NCBI GenBank assembly: GCA_013265495.1
Contig: MU058791.1
Location: 62,001-126,000 of the forward strand
DNA from: Vicugna vicugna
Lineage: Eukaryota
DNA length: 64,000 nucleotides
Reading direction: 5' to 3'
Both the position numbers and the translations under genes were made by a program. This document shows positions 12,100-24,804 of the stretch, one piece after another. The notes under the pieces are model-generated. The model was not told the DNA's origin, did not search any database, and saw nothing but the letters and a program-made list of their open reading frames with translations. Each line of letters opens with the position of its first letter. Within the stretch, counting starts at the first letter, position 1.

Positions 12100-12800
12100 T
12101 GCTTATCATAGAAAAATTAAATTAGGGACTATAGCCAAACAAAAACAGGAAATGTAAACGCATTCATTAGCTCACCACAATTGGTTTTACATACTTGCAG
12201 GATTCTGTCTATGCGTAGGTATAGTACATAGACCTATGTCTTAACTATTTCAGTTTTTTTAAAACAAAAATGAGATCGCGTCGTTCATACTGCTTAGCGG
12301 CCTGCTTTTGCACTTCTCAGTATATAGCAAACATCTTTACGTGTCATGAAATACTTTAAAGGCATCATTGTTTTAAACTTCCTGAAGACTTTTCTCCTGG
12401 AGAGCTGTAGCACCATTTGGGTCGCCAGTCCTCTCTTCTCACGGCAGTCGTGCAGTGAATATCCTTGAGCTTAAATCTTTGTGCACCTTCCTGATTTTTC
12501 CTCTTGGATAAATTCCTAGACCTGGACTTGCTGTTCCCCTGCCCTTGCCGGCTACCCCAGGTCTCATCCTCCCCAAGGGCAGACGGCTCGTTCCCCTCCC
12601 CTTGCCGGTTACTCCAGGGCTCATCCTCCCCATGGGCAGACGGCACGTTCCCCTCCCCTTGCCGGTTACCCGGGGCTCATCCTCCCCGTGGGCAGACGGC
12701 CGTCCACACTGCTGAGCTGTAGGCCATCTCTTTATGCTTCATTTGTTCCGTCACCAAACAGCAGTTGTTCTTCTAGATTTCTTGTCCTACCCCATTTCAA
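12100..12800 (-). mobile_element. Ancient L1ME-like 3' region hosting a minisatellite
   Basis: gcagtgaatatccttgagcttaaatctttgtgcacc...ggataaattcctaga is a typical antisense old-L1 motif. Confidence 0.55.
12533..12700. repeat. GC-rich minisatellite, 57-bp unit x ~3
   Basis: Units start at 12533, 12590 and 12647; consensus approximately GTTCCCCTCCCCTTGCCGGTTACYCCAGGGCTCATCCTCCCCATGGGCAGACGGCAC. Confidence 0.95.
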
Positions 12801-14344
12801 ACCCGAAATCTCAGTTAAACTAACCACTAAACTGACTTTTAAAATAAAGCATATCAGAATGTCTAGAAACTAACTAAGCAGGTACACAGGGCTGGAAATC
12901 CTGTGTACACTCTCTGCATCCCCCCAGCTGCCAGGTCAGTTTGCCCTGCGCAGTCATGCCCTTTCAGCCTGGGATCCTTTCCTGAAGAGGAGCCCGGCAT
13001 AAAAAAACTGCATTCTCTGTAAGTCAGCTGCGTTATCACCTCTTATGCATCTGGTTCTGCAGCTTGGGTCTATGGTTTTAGTACTATATTAATTAAAGAA
13101 ACTGAAGTTAAGTAATAATAAATGAGTGTGACTGTCCTCCAGGTTTATTAGCAAAGGATTTTACCTGTATTGGTTTTTCTGTTCCATTTACAGAAAAAGC
13201 TTGCTGTCGTTCTGACATTTAGGTATCTGCCTTTTAAGACTGTGCTGGCACCGGTGTTGTTAGGTGTTTGCTTTAGTAAGAACACAGAAGCGTTTTCATT
13301 CTGGGAGATGCCCTCTGAGTAGAGGAAGTCGTGGCTCTCGCTTTTCTTTTTTTTGCCATCATAGGAACTATTGGACATCAAATGCTTTTGTAAAGAAACT
13401 GCAGAATATATTATATTAAAAATACTCTGTACCTATTAATTCACTGAATACCATTTTTATACACCTTTAATATTAGTTGCGGTGTATGAGGACATTATTT
13501 CCTGTCCGAAAATGATAAATCCCTCCTAGTTCTCTGTGGCTGATGGTTTTTAATATCATCTTTGCAGTCTAGCGACCTGCAGGCTCCTCTTGGCCGGCCT
13601 CTCCCTCTTTGTCTTATGTGAATTTAGCCACGGTTCCAGTGAAGGGTAGAAACACCAGTCAGCCATTGTTTTGCCTTTTGTCATTTTTCACTTTTGCACC
13701 GGTAAGAAGTTCAGTCAGCAGGTGAATTTTGAGGCCTTGGAATAGGAGCATTTATCCCCAGAGCGCCGCCCTTCTCCTTGTGTACGTGGTTGGGGGTTGG
13801 CAGGACAGACCCCAAGCCCTGAGCTTTCAGCCTCTCAGACGGGCAGTTCCCACGGTCACCCTTTTCTGGAAAGTTCTGTCAGGCGTCAGTGAGTTGCATA
13901 ACTGTAAATCTTGCCACTAAATGAAAATCCCTATCTATCGTTCCTTTACTGAAAGATGAACTTTCGTCACAGAGGCCTTTCCCAACCCCTTAAAGATTAA
14001 ATTAAGAGTTTAATTCTTTAAGTTGGATAGAATTCCATCAGTGATCTAATCTAACTCTTCTGTCAGTTAGAAAATGAGGCCTAAATCTGTTCAGTAATTT
14101 GCTCCCATAAACTAGTAATGGAACCAAAGCCAGAATATAATTTCAATAATGCTGTTCTAAACGATCTCTGTATTTTCACTTCATAAATTCGTTCTTTTAT
14201 AAATGCTTCAAAGTAAAACATTATAGAGTGTAGTAAAAAAGAGAATATTACAGTATGTAATTATATGTGGAAAATTATGTAATATGAAAATTCTGTGATA
14301 TTTTCCTATTTGGGGGGAGAAAAAACAAAGCTGTTTTTGTTGGG

Positions 14345-14780
14345 ATTACAGGTGAACAGGATTACAGGTAGAAGACCACCTAAAAAGACGTCTAAAAATC
14401 ACACACAGGGGTTTTAAAAATACATTATTGAACAAGGAGTCTGGAGATGGAGTATTTCTAGGGTGAACTGAGCTACTCATCAAGGTCACCAGGGAGCAGG
14501 CGCCCTCAGCCTCTCCCTGCGTCATCCTTGGCTTAGGCTGAGTGTTTGGGGTCATCACCTGATGGTTACATGATGGCTGCTGCAGGTGTGGGTATCATGT
14601 GGAGATGATATGTGAATCACAAGCAGGAGGGGTGGGTGCATTCCCTCATTCTTCTCTGGATATGAGCAAGTAGAGCATTCTGGAATCTTCCCAGGAGACT
14701 TCCTGATAGGCTTATGGTCACACAGACGGTTACTCAGCCTCATCCAGTAGTTGGCAGAGGGAACAGAAATGCCATGATTG
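14345..14780. mobile_element. Degraded MaLR LTR (MLT1J/K/L-like)
   Basis: atggttacatgatggctgctgcagg and ttcccaggagacttcct...atggtcacacag motifs. Confidence 0.5.
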
Positions 14781-14794
14781 GTGTAGACCTCTGG

Positions 14795-14972
14795 CCCTCA
14801 GACTTCAGCTTGCATCAGAATCATCTGGAGAATTTGGCAATACACGGATTGCTGGTCCCCATGCCCAGAGTTTCTGATTCACTAGGCTGGAAGTGGAGCC
14901 CAAGAATGTAATTTCTAACATGTTCCCAGGTGGTCCTGGTGCTGCAGGTGTGGGCCCACAGTCCTTGAGGAA
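14795..14972 (+). mobile_element. MER5A-like hAT-Charlie DNA transposon
   Basis: gcatcagaatcatctggag...gattgctggtcccca...agagtttctgattca...tttctaacatgttcccaggtg. Confidence 0.85.
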
Positions 14973-15747
14973 TGTGTCCTTAGGTGTACACGTGCATCCC
15001 TGGGATTGCGGGGGCCCGGGCGTCCGCATCTGAACAGCCCCAGTTCTGTTCGCATGGCTGGGGGTTGGGAATAGCTGGCGAGTAGACAGCCAGGACTGTA
15101 AGTTGACATGGAATACTGAGTACTCTTATTTTTCCTCTTCGTCACATGGTTATTGTGCACAAGAAGCTTTAAAAAATGGAGATCGAAATATGAGAGTCAG
15201 CATAATCCGTCTGCATTACACCTGCCGAGTGGATTGTCCACATAAACATTCTATGTGACTAGACTCGCCAAGTCACAAGGCTGCTTTCATTAATTATTTT
15301 ATTGATTGGGTGTCAAATCTGTAGGCCAAGGCCTGAAAAAATCTGGTATTCAACTGGCATTTGGAAGAAAGGGCTGAGTGAGTGAAAAAATTAATCCATT
15401 AATTGTGTCTCTGAGAGGCGCATGACTAAGGTAGTTTGATTTGACTAAAGGTCAGGAGAGTTCACTTATCTTAGTGATTTGGGCTCAGCTGTGATCAACA
15501 TAATTTTTATACATACTTACGTAAGATTATCACAAAACTCATTATTAATCCTAAAATTCAGCAGCAAATGATTTCAGGAGTAAAATTTTGTACGTAAGTT
15601 GAACCTAATAGAATCTTTACCTTGTAGTTTTTAAGATCTGTCTATTTAGATGACAGGTTGTCTGTTTCAGATGGTTACAGTTTTATTTTGCTTACTTATT
15701 TTACTTTATTTTTTAATTGAAGTGTAGTTGATTCATAATGTTTTTGA

Positions 15748-15888
15748 GGGGAGGGTGTGTATAGCTCAGTGGTAGAGCATGTGCTTAGCGTGTACAAGGT
15801 CCTGCATTCAATCCCCAGCACCTCCATTTAAAAATAACAAATAAATAAATCAATCTAAACACCTCCCCCTGCAAAAACAAAATCCAAG
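15748..15888 (+). mobile_element. tRNA-Ala-derived SINE (vic-1-like), long form
   Basis: gtatagctcagtggtagagcatgtgcttagcgtgtacaaggtcctgcattcaatccccagcacctcc plus a two-part A-rich tail. Confidence 0.88.
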
Positions 15889-17799
15889 AAAATTGTATTA
15901 GATTGTTCTTTCAGATAGCATATTTTAGCTCTTTTTGAAGAATTCTACGAAAATTCGAACGAACACACCCAATCACCCTTAATTCAGTATCATTTTTTTA
16001 CCTTTTCTTCACCACTGGTGAGAATCTGTGTACGTGAACTCTTATTTTGGATCCTGCTGAGCAATAAAATCTTTAGCATCAGAACTTTGAAGCTTAATTT
16101 CCCCCTGGTGCTTTGTTTTTCTTTTATATTTCTGCCCATGACTTAAATTTTTTTTCCTATATACTTAAGAATTGTTTACCATGAGATATAATGTCGTAAC
16201 CTTCTGACTTTTTAGGAAAGCTTGTCCATGAAGATTAGCCCCAGTAGACACCTGGGCGGCGTGCCCCTTTGAAGCAGTCCTGCTTCTGTGTACTGCCGCT
16301 TTACAGAGCTTCACGGTGCTGTTTTCTCTTTACAAAGGAAAATGATCACATTGCGATCTCAGTGGATTCACGCAACACCTAAGCTGTCTAGTCAGCTCAC
16401 TGAATTACCATTCTCAGAGTACACGAATGCTGTGATGTCTCCTTCCTCCATTCCTGCCACATTTTCTGATCCAGATTAGAGAACTCTCACTGTCTGAGTA
16501 GGTGTCATTGTAAATCTGTTCCTCCCATCCCAGAACCTCACACCTTATCCGTAACACATAGGACTCCTCTTCATGTGAAGTCTTTTCCGCTAGAGGGGTC
16601 CCTTGTTCCCGCCTCCATGGAGCTCTTTTTTGTTCAGTACATTTCTTAGTTGCAGTGCAGCTCATCCTATACACATGTCCTTTCCTATCATTTTCCTCCT
16701 TTCCTAGTAACAAAGCATAGGACACACTTATCTTCTCTAGACCACTTCCATATTTTTTCTGATTGTGCAAGTTGCCCTAGTTCCACACATGTGCATCCTT
16801 ATCATTGACCGAGCTGCATTTGTTTTCTTTCAACTTGTGAAACAGTTGGAGCATCATGATAAAAACTGTGTGCTGATCACAGTTACAAAGCTCACAGAAA
16901 AAACTACGTCAATCTTAAGCCATGGTCAGGGCATCATGAATGTGCCAAAAGGTGGCATTCCTGTCATCAGTGCCAGCTAAGCACAGTTCTTACAGTTTTT
17001 GGCTTTTTTCTCTTCCTTTCTTTCTTTTTCTTTTCAAAACTTCTGATCCAGAACATTGCTCTCCAAAATTCCTGTTAACTGGGTAATTGTAAAATGTATT
17101 AAAAACATACTGGCATAATTTCGTGGTAGCTTTCATCCAAGTAGACCTTTGTTTTTTGTTTTTTTGTTTTTCCTTTTTTCAAAATAAAATCTTTACCATT
17201 ATTGTCTCTGAAAATTCTTTTATTTTGTAATGCATATTGTAGATTATGTAATGTTAATTACTTAATAACACGTTTATTTTGATGTTTTAATAGCTAGAGG
17301 AGCTGAAATTATCTGCCAAGAATTAGGAGTGTATCATGAAACATAGGAGCCTCCTTTCTACCTAGACTGTAAACCAATGACTTTGATTTAATACTGCTTT
17401 CTCAGGGTACCTTGTTGAAAATTTCAAAGAAACACCAGTGTCGCAATAGGAAACATACCGTAGTGTAACTGCAGAACACCAGAGACGGAGAGAGAGAAAA
17501 GGCAAATTACGTAGAAACAGCAGTAGAAGTGTCAGCAGATTTCTCAACAGAAATTTTGTTTCATCTAGTTCGGCCTCTGCGGGGAGGCACTGGGTCGTCG
17601 GCAGTGGGGGAAGGTATGGAGCAGATGTCTGCGTTGTTTCTCCTTTACTTCGGATGCTTATGAATCTAGGACGTAGACTAATTCTGAGTTATAACAAGGA
17701 ATTGTCTTAACAGTTGCCCACCTTCCAAAGTGATCTCAAATGATTTCATATTAGTTCATCATTCAGACAAATTTCCATGTGTTATTTAAGGTATTTGTT

Positions 17800-18298
17800 T
17801 TTTTTTTTTNNNNNNNNNNNNNNNNNNNNNNNNNNNNNNNNNNNNNNNNNNNNNNNNNNNNNNNNNNNNNNNNNNNNNNNNNNNNNNNNNNNNNNNNNNN
17901 NNNNNNNNNNNNNNNNNNNNNNNNNNNNNNNNNNNNNNNNNNNNNNNNNNNNNNNNNNNNNNNNNNNNNNNNNNNNNNNNNNNNNNNNNNNNNNNNNNNN
18001 NNNNNNNNNNNNNNNNNNNNNNNNNNNNNNNNNNNNNNNNNNNNNNNNNNNNNNNNNNNNNNNNNNNNNNNNNNNNNNNNNNNNNNNNNNNNNNAGGAGC
18101 ATCCATGTTGCTGCAAATGGCATTATGTTGTCGGTTTTTATGGCTGAGTAGTATTCCATTGTATAAATACACCACATCTTCTTTATCCAGTCACCTATTG
18201 ATGGACATTTAGGTTGTTTCCATGTTTTGGCTATTGTAAATAGTGCTGCTATGAACATTGGGGTGCAGGTGTCATCCTGAAGTAGATTTCCTTCTGGG
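17800..18298 (-). mobile_element. Young 5'-truncated L1 spanning an assembly gap
   Basis: Poly-T before the gap and an intact ORF2 C-terminal frame after it (CTPMFIAALFTIAKTWKQPKCPS...EYYSAIK). TSD-like repeat TAAGGTATTTGTT (17787-17799) / TAAAGTATTTGTT (18299-18311). Confidence 0.85.
17810..18094. other. Assembly gap (285 N)
   Basis: Run of N. Confidence 1.
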
Positions 18299-20544
18299 TA
18301 AAGTATTTGTTGAGTTAACACAGGGGAGATATTAGGTATTATGATGTATTTCTTGCTTTTGCTCATAAAAAAATTTATAATACATGTTATAATTTTGTAT
18401 TATATGCTGAGTTGGAATTTGATAATCTGTACTAGTTCTTACCATGGTTTTTTAGTTATGTGCTTATAGAAACAAAAGCTAAAGTAGATTTAACGACTCA
18501 GTATTCCTTCTCTGTAAATTGCTTTCCTTGATCAGTGACTTGCTGTTACCTCTCTGAGGTACCTCTTTCTTTTGGCGGTTGGGAAAGTGTTATTTTTGGA
18601 AATGAGATAATCAGGTTTTTTCCTCCATTGCAGATGTAAATTTTTGGATCATCCGTGTTCTTGGTTCAGTCAGTTAAGGGAATAGTACAAACATTTTTAT
18701 GTTTGATATGACTGAAGCTATTTTATTGTTCCTGTTAGGATACTTTCATTTTCTGTGAGTATTGTTTCTACTGGTATTATCAAGGTAGTAAGTAGCCTTG
18801 ATTTAAGGATTCATTTCTTTTTCTTTTTTTAGTGTAACCTGGAATTTTGGAACTTAATTTATATAAGGATTGTAAAAATTTAAGTGTTAATACTAATTAT
18901 CTTAACTCACTTATGCTTTTTAAACCAACTTCCTCCAGAATATAAATGGAATTTAAATATTCATAGGCAATTCTTTGCAGTATTTCAGCTGAGCTTCTGA
19001 AAATGTTACTGTTGACCTTCGCATTCAGTCTTAATTAGATGGCTCTGCACTTTCGTCTCCTTTCAGGGATGAGACTTGGCCATCTGGTTAATCATCTTAA
19101 TAAGAAAAAGCCTTGTGCAGTAATCGCACATAACACATATGTTCTCACGTCAACCTTTTGAAACTAGTCAAGGTTTTTAAATAACATTAAATGTTAAACC
19201 AATCACCACTTAAAAAAATAACGTTACAGGATGGTAAAATGCAAGTGTGTTTTATAAGGTATACCTATTTTAAAGTAGCAAATGAAGATTAACCAAGGGT
19301 TGAAATCAATATTTGTAGAAATGGAGAAGCATTAAAAAATTTAGATAATGAAGACCTGTATTGGAAATGTTCCTTTTGGTTTTCCTGTAGAATTTTTAAA
19401 GTAGGCAGATGTAGAGCCTTAATCTACCTGTTTATAGAATAATATATAGTATTAAGAGCTAGCCTCTATAATCAGATTTATAAAAAATATGGCACCCACA
19501 TGGTTAAAATCACATTTCAAGGATTAAAATGGTAGTAGTCCTGTTACATTAACCATTAAGATAGTGCCGTGTTAATTTGTTTATTTGAGTTCCTTTGTCA
19601 TTTTTCTTTCCCCATCTCTCTTGAATATTTTAGATACATTTAAATTAAGGAAAGATAGGCAATTCAGTTTTATGATAAAAAGCTACTGGTTAGTTGGAAG
19701 CTAAAATATTAACTTTGAAAAAAATTGAGGTGTAATTGTCCAAAGATTATATTAGTTTCAGGTGCACAAGTTAATGATTTTTTGTATATATTGCAAAATG
19801 TGAAATACTAACTTTTAAAGTAAACTTGAATTGCCTGCTTCTTATAAGAGCAGTACATGTACACTTTGTACTTTTATGTATTGTCTAATTCTTCAAAATT
19901 AAACATCAGAATAAAAGCAATGTGTATTTGAGGTGATAAGTAAAATGTTAGAAATCTACAGACAAGCAGCAGAAGAAATGAACAGTCACTGCTAGGGAAG
20001 AACTGTTGTCAACGTTCTAAAAATGATCACTGTGTCATGCATGCTTTAAAAGAGAAGATTGTACTGAATGTAGTTTTGTGACTGTTTTTATTGTTTAAAA
20101 ACGTACTATATTGTGAACGTTCTCTCCTGTGAAAAATTTCTCTTACCACATAATTTTTTATTGCGCAAAACAATGTATTGATTTTTGACACATTTTTCAT
20201 CTTTTCATGGAGAATTTTAAAAAGAGTTGAAGAAAAATGTTATAAGGATTAGGTGAATTTTTAGTATATATGTAATTTTTACAATGTAATTGTTTACCAA
20301 TTTAAATATTTAGGCTATTAAACTAGGGGGGGAAAGGTGAGGGAATCTTCTAAAATAAAGAAAAATTTATTATGTAGAACTATTGAAAGAGATGATCAAG
20401 GTCATATGTGTTTCTCAGGGTCCATCCAGTGTTTGTGGGTTTTTAGGTTTTCTTAAGTGAAATCTGAGAGCTTTCACAGCAGCTCTAGAAGCTCCGCCCC
20501 TGAGGGAAGCAGTTCCACGTGTAGTTTAGTGCCCTGCCACCACT

Positions 20545-20660
20545 TCATTGACTTCTCGTGTGATGAACGTGGACAATAATAGTAGCACTTTCTCCCAGGA
20601 CTGTTGCAAGGATTAAATGAGGTAGCAAATGTAAATGCTTCCTCTGGTGCCTGTTCGCTA
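20545..20660. mobile_element. MIR fragment
   Basis: ataatagtagcactttctcccaggactgttgcaaggattaaatgaggtag, the MIR core. Confidence 0.7.
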
Positions 20661-20999
20661 ATACAGTGAAAACCTGCTCCTTTCAACAAAGCAGCCTGTG
20701 TGTTCCTTTCTTTGTCATTCAGATTGTATTCCTTGATTCTCAACTGTTAATGGCAATGAAAGTTCTTATTTTTGGACGTTCTTACCCAGCCACATTATTT
20801 GTTTGTTATTGTTTGTAGCATAAACCATAAATGATTGCAGAGAATTCCAACTTAATTAGATATGCAGGGAAATTTAAAAGCTTTTCAAGCTCAATTTCAC
20901 TTGCAAATTGCCGGAGACATCTTTAAAACTACTTTTTGGTTTGCTAGTGTATTTTCTTCATAAAAATGTCCCTTGACTGCCTGTTTTGCTTATTCTTCA

Positions 21000-22030
21000 G
21001 TTGTTACTTTTCCCCAGAATTCTGTCACTTGCATGAGGTGATTGCTTCTGTCTACTTCCTTGACGTTGATTCTTACAACCGCCTGATGATTATTTCCAGA
21101 TGGTTATCTGCAACTCCACCCTGTCTTCTGAGTTTCCTTATTCCAGTTGTTTACTAGACATCTCTCTGTGGTTCTCCCAGGATGTGTCCCACTCTGGACA
21201 CCCAGATGTAGTCATTTCCCCTTTTCCTCCCTACCCCTCCCCCAGCACCTGCTTTCCCTTCTGTCCAAGTAAATGGCCTTTGCATCACCATCCAGCTTGT
21301 CCTCAAGGCCAGCCACCCCAGTCGTCCGGCCTCTTTCTTCCTCACCCTGCACTTTGAGTCAGTCACCACATAACACAGACTTTGTCTCCTAAATATCTTT
21401 ATGTAGGGCTTCTTTCCCTCTCCCTCTCATGGCCATTGCATCAGTGGGGCCCTTGTCTGTCCCGAGAACTGTTGCAACAAGCCTTCTGACTGGTCTCTGT
21501 CTCCCAACTTGCCCCCTCCGTCCCCAGGCCCCCAACACCATCACCGCTATGATAGTCCTCAAGCCTGTGTGCTCTGATGTCCCTCAGATATTTAGAAACT
21601 TTTAACCCTGTCCCCTCCACTGTCTGTGTAATAAAGTACAACTCCCTGAGTGGGCCAGCGAGACCCTTCATGATCTGGTGCTACTTGTCCAGAATTTCTC
21701 TCCAACCCTCCAACCTCATCTTTTGGCGAATTCTCCCCTCGCGTCCCACATCCCTCGATACGGTCTCCGGTAATTCTCTGCAGCCCCTCCTCCCTGTCGC
21801 ATGAGGCTTTCCTGACTCCCAGCTCCCCTTCCCTGCACATAGCAGAGTAATCACTTCTCCCTTCGTGCAGCCAGAGTGTTTTTATTTTCATTTGCAGTGT
21901 TTTGAAATTCTTTGTCTGCTCGTTAGTCTTTCCTCACCAGACCAGCCTCCTGAAGGACAAGCGACTCTTAGTCATTTGAGCACTCAAGGCCTGGCCAGCC
22001 CCCGACAAGGTGGGGATTTAATAAAGGATA
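21000..22030 (+). mobile_element. L2 fragment (~1 kb)
   Basis: Pyrimidine-rich L2 motifs: ttactagacatctctctgtggttctcccag..., gcaacaagccttctgactggtctc, ccttcatgatctgg. Confidence 0.7.
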
Positions 22031-22544
22031 TGAAAAACTCTTCATGAAGCTGACGGTTTATTTTAAGGGAGATGTAATATACTTAACGGAGGAATGAATG
22101 ATTCTATGAATTATTTCTTAAATGGCACATGGGGGAAGGATTAGGTTAACTGTATGGCTGTAGATGGCAGAGTTGATGCTGGCCGAGAACCAGATCCCGG
22201 TCCAGCCGGGAAGCAGGGCACAGAGAGGACTGCGGTTAGACAGTCTGGCTTGTCTTGGGGACTGTGTGTGGTCTTTTCTGGGTCTTAGCTTTTTTTAAAT
22301 GGACAGAAAACTGGAGATTCTAGTAGCTCACATGGTTGTTTTGAGGACCAATGAAATAACATTTCAGGGTGCCTAGGCTAACTCCTGACCCTGACTAGTG
22401 CTTAATTCAGTGAATTTGAATTAGTTTTCTGTTACTGGATTCTTTTAATAAAACCTTACTCTCCTTTTAAATATAAGCAGTGTGTGTTCATAAACTGATG
22501 CTATAAAAACAAGATTCAATTGCTTTTTTTTTTTTGCCTCAAAG

Positions 22545-22593
22545 ATTTATTCATTGTACTGATGATTCTCCAGATCCCTGTATAGAATATGAG
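22545..22593 (+). CDS. CDC123: CDC123 coding exon 7 (49 nt)
   Basis: T-tract gcctcaaag|A TTT ATT CAT...TAT GAG|gtaaga; encodes FIHCTDDSPDPCIEYE. Confidence 0.96.
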
Positions 22594-22742
22594 GTAAGAA
22601 CCTTTTTTTAAAAATCTTGATGAAGTTGATAATCCTAAATGAAGATGTTTGGAGAATTGCTGTTTATTCTTAAGTGAAATGAATCCAGTTTTTTGGACTA
22701 AATTCTCTAGGAACTTAGAGCCATTGGATTTTTTAATTTATG

Positions 22743-22904
22743 AAATATATACATAAAATATATATGTGTTTTATATATATATATAAATATATACATAAAA
22801 TATATGTGTGTTTTATATATATATAAATATATATATAAATATATAATAAATAAATGTATATGTGTGTATATATATATATATATACAAACACACACACACA
22901 CACC
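22743..22904. repeat. Compound (TA)n/(CA)n microsatellite with an internal 42-bp duplication
   Basis: aaatatatacataaaatatat(a/g)tgtgttttatatatatata starts at both 22743 and 22785; followed by (TA)n and (CA)n. Confidence 0.9.
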
Positions 22905-23754
22905 CCCAGTATATATGCAGTATGAACATACTATAGAATATTTTATTTTGTAATAAAAGAAACACCTTTATACTAACTGTCCATCTTAACCTGTTTAAGC
23001 TTTTTTAACCTGGTTTACAAGGAAAAGTCATCACCATTTTACCATTTAGGTCCAGTGGACCTTTTTATTTTTTTTATATTGTTCACTCATTTTACAGATT
23101 ACATACTGAAGAAAACAAAAGGATCACGAAAAACTTTTTACTTTTTGTATTTTTTTCAACCACAGTGTATGTGTTACCTATCCAAAATGTTTCAATAAAG
23201 ATTACACAGATTTTCCAAAACCTTAATGTCAGTTTGCAACAATTGCATGTTTCTTTGCTGTTTTAATAAAGATGACTGTAGCCGTAAAAAATATATTTGT
23301 GGGTTTCAGGTTTTAATAGATAACAACAGGGTAATCTTTTAGTGTGGGGTTCTTCATTTAATAATTCGGTTCTTTTCAAAAATATAGCACACGTAAAACT
23401 TGACTAATACTTCACAATGATGAAAATTGAAATCAGTGCATTTTAAATTTCTAAGACATACTTTAACAATAGTTTGGTTTTTTTTTTAAAAGAAAAGCAA
23501 CTTCCTATCAAAAACTTAACAATACAAGAAAGTATGAGGAATCTACCACCCGTATTAATTAGCATTTTGGCCTTCAACTTCCCTTGAGATGTTTGTGCAT
23601 GTTTGTGTGTATGTGTGTGTGTATATACACATTCTTCATGATGCTTTGTATGCCACTTTTTTTCCTCCACTTCTGGCATAGTATGAGCATTTTCACAGTT
23701 CATTAGATATTTTTTATATCATGATTTTTAGTGACTGCTTAGAGATTTGCCATT

Positions 23755-24050
23755 TCATTTTTCATTTGACAGACATTTCCTCAGCACCTGCTAGGTGTTC
23801 CATACTTGTTCTGGGAACACAAAGTTAAAAAGACCCAGAAGAGAGACTTGTGTCAAATTATCATAGAACAACAGGGATATATGGGCTTTCTCTCAAGTGT
23901 CATGTACGAGAAACTGTGGGAGGCACAGTAGGAAGGGACTGGGCCCATTGGGGGATTCCAGGAATGGGGCCGAGAGCAATTCACCATCTCCTAGGTCTTG
24001 AGGGGCAGAGAGCTGTGTGCCAGGATGAGGGAGGCTGGGGGCACTAGCCA
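23755..24050 (-). mobile_element. L2 3' fragment
   Basis: ttcatttgacagacatttcctcagcacctgctaggtgttcc, the antisense L2 end. Confidence 0.55.
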
Positions 24051-24728
24051 GTGATTAGTGAATACTTCAGAAGGACAGGACTAGTTTTTTTCCAAAGAAC
24101 ATTTAAAAACAAACTCTGAAACATACATCTGTCATCCATACTGTTTATAAATTGCAGCAATATGAGAATTTGCACAAATTAAATAATCAATCACAGTAAT
24201 AAGACCCATTTATGACTTGGGCCATTGGTAGAATTGTTTTACCTTAAAATAATGGGAAAATCATAGAAGAGTTATGGTGAGTCTTTGTGATAAGCCATAA
24301 TAATTTTATCAGAGTAAATAGTACAGAATGATGCTTAAGGTAGATAACTTTGAAGTTATTTTATTTTCTGATATTCGTAAAGGAGTAAGGAACGTATGAA
24401 TTACAGGGCAGCTTGCATCCCAACAATGATAAGATTTACCTTCGTCATTCTTTGAGTTGCATTATGTTAGAATTCCCCAAATGATAAATAAGTGACAAAA
24501 AGGCACTTTGTCATCAAGAGTTTTAACACAGTTTCCCCTATTCTGTTAGGCTAGTAGATTGTAACTCGATTCCCTGCATCTCATGTCAGGAATGTTTCAT
24601 GATGCCTTTTTTGAAAAAACCATTTGATAACAGCAGTTAAGCCACAGTCTTGACATCAAATTGTCTACTAGACTAGTGAATGTCCTCTAATTACGTAGTT
24701 GGATTACTTTTTTTCCCTTTGTCTGCAG

Positions 24729-24804
24729 CTTGTCCTTCGAAAATGGTGCGAATTAATTCCTGGGGCTGAGTTCAGATGTTTTGTCAAGGAAAATAAGCTT
24801 ATTG
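24729..24804 (+). CDS. CDC123: CDC123 coding exon 8 (76 nt)
   Basis: gtctgcag|CTT GTC CTT CGA...ATT G|gtgagt; encodes LVLRKWCELIPGAEFRCFVKENKLI(G). Confidence 0.97.

Noticed and set aside
12533..12700. CRISPR-like array or repetitive protein ORFs (12365..12646, 12439..12633, 12504..12722)
   Set aside because: The units are head-to-tail with no unique spacers, in a eukaryotic intron. The ORFs result from a stop-free 57-bp period.
13568..13701. Possible 134-nt cryptic exon (tttgcag|...CCG|gtaaga)
   Set aside because: The splice-like ends are its only support; such pseudoexons are expected by chance in a ~10.8-kb intron.
17763..18366. Long ORFs across the N run
   Set aside because: They are artefacts of translating N. 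The real part is the L1 ORF2 C-terminus.
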